The notes beneath the pieces are model-generated. The model had not been told where the DNA came from, ran no database searches, and saw nothing but the letters and a program-made list of their open reading frames with translations. This document shows positions 48,125-61,183 of a stretch of DNA of 64,000 nucleotides, piece by piece (position 1 is the first letter of the stretch; every line of letters begins with the position of its first letter). Made by a program: the position numbers and the translations under genes. The DNA is from Eledone cirrhosa (taxonomy: Eukaryota): assembly GCA_964016885.1 (NCBI GenBank), contig OZ024743.1:166098001-166162000 (forward strand), given 5' to 3'.

Positions 48125-48369
48125 TATATATTTATATATATATTTCATCATCATCATATATATATATATATATGAAGGATTCGGGACCCCGGTGGCTGAG
48201 CTAGTTCTGAACTAGCTGTTGAAACGGCAGGAGCACAGCTTTTGGGGTCCTGAATACTTCATATTACCATACGCTACTACTCTAAGTATTGAGTACTCTG
48301 GTGAGTAATAGTCTAACAGATTTTTAAAGCATCCATTCTATTATGTTGAAATAGTATGCGTAACAGCTT

Positions 48370-51300
48370 GTACGATTGTGAAAGCCATTACAGTTCTCAC
48401 ATTTCTTCGTAAAGATGGGTGTTCATGTTTGTATAATTTATAGAGACTTGTATATTTATATATATATATGTGTGTATGTGACTTGTAAACTGTGTTAAAA
48501 ATTGTATGTATAAGCCATTACAGTTCTCAAAAATTCTATGTATAAGCCATTACGGTTCTCAAAAATTGTATGTATAAGCCATCACGGTTCTCAAAAATTT
48601 TATGTATAAGCCATTACGGTTCTCAAAAATTGTATGTATAAGCCATTACCCACCCGCCCACCGCCACCACATTTGGTATACATGCCCGACGCTGTATGCT
48701 AACCACTCCCTCGTGAATATATCATAGAACAGACAAGGGGCAGACGGAGGCTCCGTAAGCCGTATTGTAGGCAACCCGTCTAGGAGAACTACCATAGATT
48801 GGTGCGGAGTAGAGAAGTCCCCTAAGTCCAGTAAGACGACCTCTCTAGTGCTGGTGGCACAAATATAAGCACCTAGTCTATGCTGTAAAATGGAGGAGTA
48901 GAGAGAGCCCCTTAGTCCAGTAAGACAACCTCTCTAGTGCTGGTGGCATGAATAAAAGCACCCAGTCCATGCTGTAAAGTGGTGTTGGTGTTAGGAAGGG
49001 CATCCAACCAGTATATATACTACTGCCAAACACTATGAGCACAATAAATGAGAATTGCAACAACTGTGTCAACAGCAATAACACTAACCATGTTAGGGCT
49101 GCGCACGGTAGTGGGGTGGCTGGTGCGGCCGTGTAGGAGAACCCCCCGATCATCATCAAGCAATCGCGCAACAACAACAACTGCGTAAACAGCAATAACA
49201 CTAACCATGTTAGGGCTGCGCACGGTAGTGGGGTGGCTGGTACGGCCGTGTAGGAGAACCCCCCGATCATCATCAAGCAATCGCGCAACAACAACAACTG
49301 CGTAAACAGCAATAACACTAACCATGTTAGGGCTGCGCACGGTAGTGGGGTGGCTGGTGAGGCCATGTAGGAGAACCCCCCGATCATCATCAAGCAATCG
49401 CGCAACAACAACAACTGCGTAAACAGCAATAACACTAACCATGTTAGGGCTGCGCACGGTAGTGGGGTGGCTGGTACGGCCGTGTAGGAGAACCCCCCGA
49501 TCATCATCAAGCAATCGCGCAACAACAACAACTGCGTAAACAGCAATAACACTAACCATGTTAGGGCTGCGCACGGTAGTGGGGTGGCTGGTGAGGCCAT
49601 GTAGGAGAACCCCTCGACCGTCATCTAGCAATCGCAGGAAAAGAACGAGACGTCGCATCTCAGAGTTGCCACACTTAATGTTGGCACTCTAACAGGTAGA
49701 TCTGGTGAGATAGTGGAGATGCTGGAGAGAAGACATGTGGATGTGTGCTGTGTACAAGAGGTGAGATGGAGAGGTGCCTCTGCGAGAATAAGCGCAGGCA
49801 AACATCTTACTTATAAGCTTTTCTGGGTGGGTAATGATGATGGGTTAGGGGGAGTAGGCATTTTCCTGGCTGAGAGGTGGATCGATAAGACAATAGAGGT
49901 AGTTCAAGTTAGTAATAGAATAATTAAGCTTAGATTAGTTGAAGGCAAGAGACTACTGACAATCATCTCTGCCTATGCTCCCCAGGCAGGCCTAGGTAAA
50001 GAAGAGAAAGACTGCTTTTACGAGCAACTTTTACAAACAGCCGCAATGACAGAGGACGGAGACATTGTTATGCTAGAAGTGGACTTCAATGGTCATGTTG
50101 GAGGGTTACACTGGGGTACATGGTGGGCATGGTTACGGCTCAAAAATTAAGGAGTGAGGCTTCTTGAATTTTGTGATGCAAGTGCACTAACCATTTGCAA
50201 AAATAATTTCCAGAAACATGCCAACCACCTAATAACCTACAAATCAGGCGAGCACATAAGCCAGATTGACTTCTTATTAGTTAGGCAGCATAGGTTAGTC
50301 GTTAGTGATATTTCAGTAAGAAAGAGACAGAATGAGACATACAGGAAGGTGTGGAAAAGAAAGGTCTGGAAGTCAAAAGACCTTTCACTAAAATACAAAT
50401 TTAGGAAAGCCCTTCAAGATGTGTATGACGAAAAAGAAGACGATTTAGAGTCGTATGACATAGATGATAATTGGAATTTCTTACATGACAATTTACTGCA
50501 GGCTACTGATGAAACTTGTGGCTGGAGCAGAGCTCGAACTAGACAGAGAGTGACCTGGTGGTGGAACAGCACGGTAGATAGGGCCATTAGAGACAAAACA
50601 CTGGCATGGAATGCTTGGAAAAATGGTGGGAGTAGGGAAGAATATACAGCTGCTAAGAGAGAAGCTAAACATCAGGTGTACTTAGCACGCAGGGCGGCTG
50701 AGAGTAGGAGGTTTGCCAATGTTCTGCGATAGAAAGATCAGAGACGTGCGGTGTTCCGCATTGCAAGGCAGTGTGTCAGTGCAAATCAGGATGTTGTTGG
50801 AGATAAGTGTGTCCAGAATGATGCTGGTGCAATTAGTGTCACAAATGATCAGAAAAAGGAGGCCTGGAAATGTCATTATGAGAGACTGATGAATGTGGAG
50901 AACAAATGGGAGAGAGAGAAATTACCCTCAGTAGATCCGACAGAGGGACCAGCTATTGAGATTGACGAATATAGGGTACAAGAGGCGATTAAGGAAATGA
51001 AAAATGGTAAGGCTGCTGGACCGTCGGGGATAGTTGCTGAGATGCTGAAGGCATCAGGGGACGTAGGCACTAAACTGGTTGCACGCATCATCAATCAGGC
51101 TATATATGGTGGTGTCATAGCCAAAGACTGGTGCAGCAGTATTCTCATAAATTGCTACAAAGGTAAAGGGGATACTCTGGAGAGGAGCAATTATAGGGGC
51201 ATAAAACTGATGGATCAGGTTATGAAAGTGGCAGAAAGGATATTAGCGCAACTAATTAGAGAAGGGGTCAAACTATATGAGATACAGTTTGGTTTTGTGC

Positions 51301-52620
51301 CTGGGAAAAGTAGAACATGTACCCTCTTCTTAGTGAGACAACTACAAGAGAAGTTCTTAGAGAAGAATAAGCCACTATACTTAGCTTTTGTTGACCTAGA
51401 GAAGGCCTTTGATAGGGTATTCCAATCTGGGATCTGGTGGTCCCTCAGGAAGCTAGGTTTTGAGGAATGGCTTGTGAGGACAGGGCAAGCTTTGTACAGA
51501 GGTGCTGTCAGTAAAGTGAGGGGAGGAATGGAGTTTTGTGAGGAATTCCAGATACAAGTAGGAGTACATCAGGGTTCGGTCCTCAGCCCGCTCTTGTTCA
51601 TTATAGACCTCCAACCCATAACAAAGGAGTTTAAGACTGGCTGCCCATGGGAAGTTCTTTATGCTGACAATCTGGTTCTTATAGCAGAATCAGTAGAGGA
51701 GCTAGAGAATAAATTGTGGCTATGGAAACAGCAGTTCGAATTAAGAGGACTGAGTGTGAACCTAGCTAAGACAAAACTGTTGATGAGTAGAAAAGAGGAC
51801 AAAACTCTGATTCCGTCAGGGAAATGGCCATGTTCGATATGCAGAAAAGGAACTGGCATAAATTCTATAAAATGTACACAATGCAAATCTTGGGTACACA
51901 AGAGATGTAGTGGGAAAGCAGGCAAACTAACATGTAGGGAAAAATATGTATGCAGTAGATGTACAGGGAAATTTGACAGTGGAAATCCCATTGATAGACA
52001 CATTTTTCAAATGAAGGTAGGTTCTACAGAAGTGGTGGATAGTTTCCAGTAGCTAAGTGATCAGATTAGCATGGGGGGGGGGGGGGGGGGGGCATAGTAT
52101 CTAGAATAAGGACGAGGTGGAAGAAGTTTAGGGAGCTGCTTTCTTTGTTGACGAAGAAGGGTTTCTCCCTGCGTACAAAAGGCTGGTTACATGATGCCTA
52201 TGTGAGGTGTGCGATGCTGCATGGTAGTGAGACATGGGCAGCAACCTCAGAGGATATGCGACGGCTGGAGAGAAATGAGGCAAGCATGCTCCGTTGGATA
52301 TGCAATGACAATGTGCGTGAACGACCCAGCATGGATGTGTTGAGAGAGAAACTGTGTTTAAGACGGATAAGTTGTAGTGTGCGGGAGAGAAGACTGCGAT
52401 GGTATGGACATGTGATGCGCATGGAGGATGACCGCTGGGTACAGAAGTGCCAAGAAATGCCAGTTGAAGGAAGACGTAGTAGAGGTAAACCACGAAAAGC
52501 ATGAGCGGAGGTGGTGAGAGCAGACCTCAGATCGGTGATGCTCACAGTGGAGATGGCGACGGACCGTGACAAGTGGAGAGAAGCTGTGCTGAACAGGACC
52601 CATCCCACCCTTGCAAGGGT
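48370..52620 (+). mobile_element. Near full-length RTE LINE (APE-RT-PHD), inactivated
   Basis: LRVATLNVGTL, DVCCVQEVRW, DFNGH, QIDFLL, RT with QGSVLSPLLF and YADN, RRLRWYGHV. Several stops and small deletions. 5' boundary approximate. Confidence 0.93.
49060..49635 (+). repeat. 117-bp tandem repeat (about 4.9 copies) in the RTE 5' region
   Basis: AACAGCAATAACACTAACCATGTTAGGGCTGCG.. recurs at 49071, 49188, 49305, 49422 and 49539. Confidence 0.95.
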
Positions 52621-52976
52621 ACCAACATTTTTGGTACGCTTATCTGATGAGGGCGTACCAAAAATTTTGGTACCCTTGAAATATATATATTAAAATAAAT
52701 ATGGTTTTATAAAGATAGTTTCCATTTATTAATATTACTGATATCATACTCCAGAAAAACTTGTAGAGTGCTTCTAATCTGTTATAAACTAAATTTGTTG
52801 AATAACCAACTAATTAAATAACTCATTGCTTATATAATTTATATATATATATATATATAATTTATATATGTATATATATATATATATATATAATTTATCT
52901 GTGACTTCTCTCTCCCACATGTAGCTGGACAGTCAATTTTAAAATTCTCTTAGAGTTGTCTGAAATGTATGGCCTT

Positions 52977-53056
52977 ACACACGCTGATGAACCGAGACTA
53001 GACCATTTCTTTCAACAAATTTTTGGTGAAACATATCTTTGGATTTGTACGTGTGT
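52977..53056 (+). ncRNA. Complete type I hammerhead ribozyme
   Basis: Stem I ACACACG/CGTGTGT, core CTGATGA, stem II ACCGAGA/TTTTGGT, GAAA, stem III ACAtATC/GATtTGT, GUA cleavage triplet at 53047-53049. Confidence 0.8.
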
Positions 53057-53369
53057 TATATAGTTATAGAGGTATTTATTTACGCTTTAATTTATATTTT
53101 TAATTATCGTGTCTATAGTTTACTGCTTTTCATAGGTTATAGATTCCATACACTGGTGGTTTTTTTCCCTGTATTATTGATAATGCACTATATATCTCTC
53201 TCTGGTGTGTTACCTTCTCAACATATTGTATTTTAAAGAGCTCAGGATCTCTTCTCCTTTGAGCACATTATTTACAGGGAATAGCAAGGGCCTATGCCTC
53301 CGTTAATTTATCGTGATATCTATATATATATATATATATATATGATTTTATGATTTATATATATATCTA

Positions 53370-55857
53370 TAACCTGCTGAAGACGACAGATGAAATCTGT
53401 GGCTGGAGCAGACCTGTAGGCAGGAGGAGAGTAACATGGTGGTGGAACAGTAAGGTGGAGGAGTCAATCAAGGCCAAGAAGCAAGCTTGGAAAGTATGGT
53501 GGAATGGGGGAAGTAGAGAACACTATCAAACGGTGAGAAGGGAAGCTAGGAGACAAGTGTTCCTTGCAAGAAGGGAAGCAGAGGAAAGAGAGTTCAAGCA
53601 TGTTCTACAACGCGAGGACCAAAAACATGAGGTGTTCAGTATTGCTAGACAATGTGTCAAGGAAAATCGTGATATTGTCAGGGAGAAGTGTGTAAGTAAT
53701 GATGATGGTATACTTGCCGTCACTGATACTAATAAGAAGGTAGGTTGGAAGTGTCACTACGAGAGGCTACTAAATGAGGAGAATAAGGGCGAAAAAGATA
53801 GTCTGCCCCAAATCGATCCAATAGAGGGACCAGCAGTGCAAGTTGAAGGTAGTATAATAAGTAAGGCAATCAAAGACATGAAGACAGGCAAAGCAGCTGG
53901 GCCTTCGGAGATAGTTGCTGAAATGCTGAAAGCATCTGGATCGGTGGGACACACTATGGTTTCCCAGATAGTAAACCAAGTCATACAGAATTGGGTTATA
54001 CCAAATGACTGGCGTAGCAGTATCATCATTAACTGCTACAAGGGTAAAGGAGATGCCTTAGACAGGGGCAACTATAGAGGCATTAAATTAATTGACCAGG
54101 TGATGAAGGTCACAGAAAAAGTTATAGCACAACTAATCAGAGAGCAAATTGATCTAGATGAAATGCAGTTTGGGTTTGTGTCAGGTAAAAGTACCACAGA
54201 CGCTCTTTTCCTTGTACAACAACTACAGGAGAAGTACCTAGCTAAAAGTAAACCCCTATACTTAACTTTTGTTGACTTGGAGAAAGCCTTTGACAGAGTC
54301 CCCCGCTCCATTATCTGGTGGGCTCTTAGAAAACTAGGTATTGATGAATGGCTCGTGAGAGCTATACAAGCCATGTATAAAGAAACAGTCAGCAAGGTTG
54401 AAATTAACAACGAATATAGAATTTAGCATAAAAGTCGGTGTTCATCAGCGCTCTGTCCTTAGCCCCCTCCTATTTATTATTGCCCTTCAGGCTATAGCAG
54501 AGGAGTTCAAGACCGACTGCCCATGCGAACTTCTATACGAAGGTGATCTAACGCTCATAGCTGAATCAATGGCTGAACTAGAGAAAAAATTCCAAACTTG
54601 GAAGCATGGCCTAGAATCAAAACGCCTTAAAATTAACTTGTCTAAGACTAAAGTTCTAGTATGAAGGAAGGAAATTAGGGCACTGGTCCCCTCTGGGAGA
54701 TGGCCATGCTCAGTGTGTAGGAAAGAAGTAGGCAGAAACTCCATTTTATGTCCCAAATGCAAAGTATGGGTGCATAAAAGATGTAGTGGGATCACAGGTA
54801 AACTAACCAAGAACATAGATTTTATATGTGGCCGGTGCTCAGGTGCAATAAGTAGTAGCAAGTGCCCACAGGATACTAGCTCCTTCCATTGCCCAGATGG
54901 TTCTATAGAAATAGTAGACACTTTCCGTTACCTGGGTGACAAAATCAGCAGTGGGGGAGGGTGCTCTGAAAGTACAGTAGCTAGAGTCAGAACGGGATGG
55001 AAAAAGTTCAGAGAGCTTATACCACTATTGGCCGCTAAAGATTTCTCTCTAAAAATGAAAGGTAGACTGTATGATGCCTGCGAACAGCTATGTTACATGG
55101 CAGTGAGACATGGGCATTGTGTGCAGAGAATCTGCGCAGACTGGACAGGAACGAAGCTTGCATGCACCGTTGGATGTGTAATAGTAATATACATGAACGG
55201 CAAAGCATAAATGAACTAAGTGAGAAATTAGGAATAAGAGGGATCAGATGCTGTTTACTCGAGAGAAGACTACGTTGGTATGGTCACGTGATGCGCATGA
55301 AAGACGACAGCTGTATAACAAAGTGCAGGGCGATAAAGATAGACGGTAGCCACGGAGTAGGCAGACCCAGAAAAACCTGGGACGACCTGATAAATTCCGA
55401 CCTCACACACTTACACCTCTCTAAGACAATGTCACTGCACCGAGATCTTTGGCGCTATGCAGTAATACAGAAGACCCGCCTTGCCTAAGTACAAAGCGCA
55501 ACCTAGTCAGTAGGCTCCTCCTAACTAAAAATACACCCCCACCCCACTACCCTTACCCCCATCTACACCTAAAGTTATGTTGGTGCCACAACATCCAGTC
55601 CTAAATAAATGAGGTCGTGTATTTGTCACGACAAAAAAACACAGTCCATGCTGTAATGAGGCCGTGTAGGTAACACGGTAAAAAAACACCCAGTCCACAC
55701 TGTAAACGTGGTTGGTGTTAGGAAGGGCATCCAGCCGTAGAAAACCCGCCAGAGAGTCCTATACGAGCAAGACAACTAATCTTGCCTCACGTACGACGAT
55801 TCCCATTTAAACCCATGCTAGCGTGGAAAATAGACGTTAAACGACGATGATGTTGAT
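53370..55857 (+). mobile_element. 5'-truncated RTE LINE with a complete 3' UTR
   Basis: RT ORF 53350-54426 and later frames; catalytic motif decayed to YEGD; PHD; stop at 55488; tail ..GACGTTAAACGACGATGATG. Confidence 0.92.
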
Positions 55858-55892
55858 GTATATAATTTATATATATATATATATATATAAAT

Positions 55893-56217
55893 GGAAAAGA
55901 ATGAAATGAAATTGCATTTCTCACTCTTAGTACGGCTGATACTTAAATGTAAGTATGTATGTATACGTACATACATATATGTATATAGACGTACAGTAGT
56001 ATGTATATATATACATACATGCACACATATATATATGTACAGCCCAAATTACGCTGTATGGCGTAATTCGGGCTGTTTGTTTGTTTACAAACAAACCGAA
56101 CATTATAATAAATGTTCGGTAAACCCATACGTACATATATATATGTGTGCATGTATGTATATACATACTACTGTACGTCTATATACATATATGTATGTAC
56201 GTATACATACATACTTA
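55893..56217. repeat. Short foldback copy of the 428-bp repeat family
   Basis: Shares CATTTCTCACTCTTAGTACGGCTG and AGACGTACAGTAGTATG with 43546-45145. 55950-56040 is inverted at 56130-56217. Confidence 0.8.
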
Positions 56218-56659
56218 TATATATATATATATATAGAGAGATTTTGAGTTTATGTTGGTTGTATACCAACACCTCAGTATGCAGGCTGGAGCACTCGACG
56301 AAGTGCGCAGGTTGGTTTGGTTACTCCGGAGTATTGTACAATAAAGTTAAATAAAAGTCGAATGATTAAAATTTAGCTTCGTTTATTACTGCTCTATATA
56401 TTTCAGTGACAGCCATCTTTGGCTGTGATCTCTTCAGGCAGTTTGAATTAGTATGGTATAGACAAGTTCATATGTTGTTTAGGTGTATAATATTGTCAAT
56501 ACTCTGATATGCCCAGTTCCTTGTTTGGTTGTTAATTCACTGAGGAACTGGAGTCATATTGTAAAATTTTTTATAGAAATATCATTAAAATTTCTTACTC
56601 TACGACCCCTATCCTTGTACATAACATCACAGCTTCAAATTTAGCTAAACTACCTAGCC

Positions 56660-58270
56660 GTAGGAACACGTGCAACCCTGTAGCTAGTACTAACTGTAAT
56701 TGTAGGAATCGGGTTGACTGCCCCCATCCGAGAAATGCCTCTCTAATAACATTGTCTACAAATGTAAGGTTGAAACACCCACGTCCCGTAGGGCCTACAT
56801 AGGGTTAACCACCAATAGATTTAAGCAGCGTATTTACATGCATACCCATTCTTTTCGTAACCCTTTAAGAAGGAATATGACGTCACTTTCAGCTTATATC
56901 TGGAGTCTAAAAGACAACCACACCCAATATAAGTTACACTGGGAGATCCTAGAAATAAAAGACCATGTGACCTCTGCGCCGCTGAGCCCCTGGAAATACT
57001 CTACGCCAAAGACCACATCTTAAACAAAAAATCTGAGGCAATTTTGACTTGTAAACATAAATTGCACAAAACTTTGCTGTATTACAGCCCCACATTATAC
57101 CCTAACGGATAGTACAAACTATACGTGGATATTTTACGTCTTGATGTCATAGCTAAGTATATGTTATGTTTATACCATTACTTATTTGTATAGGTAAGTA
57201 TATATTACCTGTATGTTTTGTGAAGGTACGTATACTTTCTCGCACGTATATTTGATTGTATATCTTATGGTGTATATATTATATATTCTGGTACATGTGT
57301 ATATGGTTATGTGTATACGCGTCTGTGAGAGTATGCGGGTTCGTACGTATGTAGGGTGTGTGTATATGTGTACTTTGTGTTTTGGTTGACGTACGTCTCC
57401 GAACATATGTGTATTTACATGTAGGTATGTGTGTGCACACGTTATATACGTATTTATTTATATAGGTTTATTTAATTATATGTATACACGCACACACACA
57501 CACATATATATATATTTTTTTTTATATATATTTTTATGTGTATTTGGTGTATACATTCGTATGTGTGCGGGCACAGGCGTTGCATGCGTTCTGTATGTGC
57601 GTGTGCGTTTTTTTGTTTTTTTTTGTATACCTATGGCGAGTGTTTTCGCGTATGCTTGTGTATGTACGTATATGGATGCATGCATGTATTTATTTAATTT
57701 CAATCACCTCTGGTTTTTATTTACTTATTCTTAACTCTGAAGCCGAGAATCATTCGGTTTCCTAGTTAGAATTTTAGTCTACGACTTCAGATATACCATT
57801 TACGTGGTTTTGTCTTTGCGTGCAATTGTTCTCCCCGCTCCACATATGATATATTATCTTCGTCTTTTCCGTTCATTACCAGAGAACGTCTCCATGAACC
57901 ACCTAATAGAATATTAGTCTACGACTTCTTTTATACCATAAACGTGGTTTTGTCTTTGCGTGTAATTGTTTTTCACCGCTCCAAATAATGACGTATTATC
58001 TTCGTTTTTTCCCGTTCTTTGCCAAGGAACGTTTCCACGAACCAAAGTATCATCTTGCTGTCTTCCTCCGGTTGCAACCTTTTTTTGAAATATTTACTTC
58101 TGCGTTCATAAATTGACTTTTTTAGTTTCAGAAGATCCCGTTAAGGGTGAAAGCAACAATTCCTTGCTTAAACTTTAATCTGTTATTTTAATAAATATTT
58201 GCTCTACGGTTCTTATATATTTGATATATAGTTATCCTTATCGAGCCCTCTTTGGATTTTAGTCTTCAAA
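56660..58270 (+). mobile_element. Degraded Penelope-like element (GIY-YIG and long tail)
   Basis: CNCRNRVDCP..CL.NNIVYKCKV..RAYIGLTTNRFKQRIYMHTHSF..TSLSAYIWSLK..YKLHWEIL..LNKKSE..CKH. The tail has a 140-bp duplication (57774 / 57914) and a hammerhead motif. Confidence 0.8.
58124..58174 (+). ncRNA. Type I hammerhead ribozyme-like motif with CAGA core variant
   Basis: AGTTT-CAGAAGA-T-CCC GTTAA GGG-T-GAAA-GCAA..TTGC-T-T-AAACT; paralog of 87-137. Confidence 0.55.
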
Positions 58271-58368
58271 TTTATTATTATTACTATATATATATATATA
58301 TGTACATATATATATATATATATAATTCATATATATGTATATATATATATATATGATTTATATATCTA

Positions 58369-59258
58369 CAGGGTGCGGACGGTATTTGTTCGCAATTTTC
58401 AACTGCTAATTTTATGCACATTATTTTTACTTCCATTGTCACTCTTGTCTTCATAAAAACACTGACTATATTTCCATTATTTATTTTCAGAATAATTGAT
58501 TATGAATAATTTTTAACTTCCAAATTTGTGGAAGACACAGAGTTCTTCTTGGAATCGGCGGGGGGAGGACAAATAAGACCAGAAGATCAACTCCCAGAAC
58601 AACAGGTGGCTCGCTGTCTCATCCAAAGACGTGCCCAGAGTCATGCAGGCAAAGTTTCCAGCGACAACATTGGTCTTAGGTGTCGTCAGCAGTCAAGGTG
58701 ACGTCATGCCACCTCACTTCTTCCCTGAGGGCCTCAAGCTGAACACCGATGGCTACATCCACGTTCTGAGCGAGGTAGTAAAGCCCTGGATCGACCAGGT
58801 AGCTGCAGGTAGGCCATACGTGTGGCAGCAAGACTCAGCGCCCTGCCATACCAGCTGAAAGACCCAAGCCTGGCTGTCAGAGAACTTCGTCGACCACACT
58901 TCACCTGACATCTGGCCTCCCAGCTCGCCTGACTGCAACCCCCTCGACTTCTTTATGTGGGGCGCAGTGGAACGAGACACCAACAGATCTAGCTGCAATA
59001 CGAAAGACAATCTGAAGGCCAGGATCACAAGTGCCTTTAGGGGCCTAAGTCGGAGGACAGTGACGAAGGCCTGTAGCCGGTTCCAAGGTCACCTTGAGGC
59101 CGTCATCAAAGCCAATGGCGGGTTTATCGAGTAAGATCGAAAGAACAACTCATGAAGGAAAACTGACCCAAGTTTGATAAATAAATCTTAAAAAATAAAA
59201 CTACTGTGTTATTTTTTCCTAGGCAGTAATCTTGCGAACAAATATCGTCCGCACCCTG
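58369..59258 (+). mobile_element. maT (DD37D) transposon, internally deleted copy
   Basis: Same TIRs and TA TSD as 46843-48124; about 400 bp missing at about 58577. Confidence 0.93.
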
Positions 59259-59477
59259 TATACTATAAAGCTGCCGGCCGTATGTAAGTAACAAACTTTC
59301 CGCCAAGCGGCTGGATCAAACGGCACCAAATTTGCACTATAGATGTAACTTTTTCCAAGTAAGAAAGTGAGGGTATTTTCGTCTACTGAATTTTGTTAAA
59401 AGATTAAAGACATTATTTCAATATTCACTTCTTTAAAATTTTCAAATGTCAACACTTTCGGTTATACGACATTACAA

Positions 59478-61180
<1,703 letters not shown>

Positions 61181-61183
<3 letters not shown>

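Noticed and set aside
48878-49658. Antisense ORFs of 248 and 212 aa with 39-aa repeats (also 42270-43001)
   Set aside because: They arise from a 117-bp repeat (a multiple of 3) that lacks stops in those frames. No independent coding evidence.
48370-52620. Potentially active autonomous RTE LINE
   Set aside because: Stops at about 50148, 50730 and 52050, deletions in the APE domain and YADD changed to YADN. The poly-G at 52073-52093 may also be an error.
57732-57768. TAACT-CTGAAG-CCGA..TCGG..AGTTA as another hammerhead
   Set aside because: Stem I and II candidates exist, but A9, GAAA and stem III are missing.
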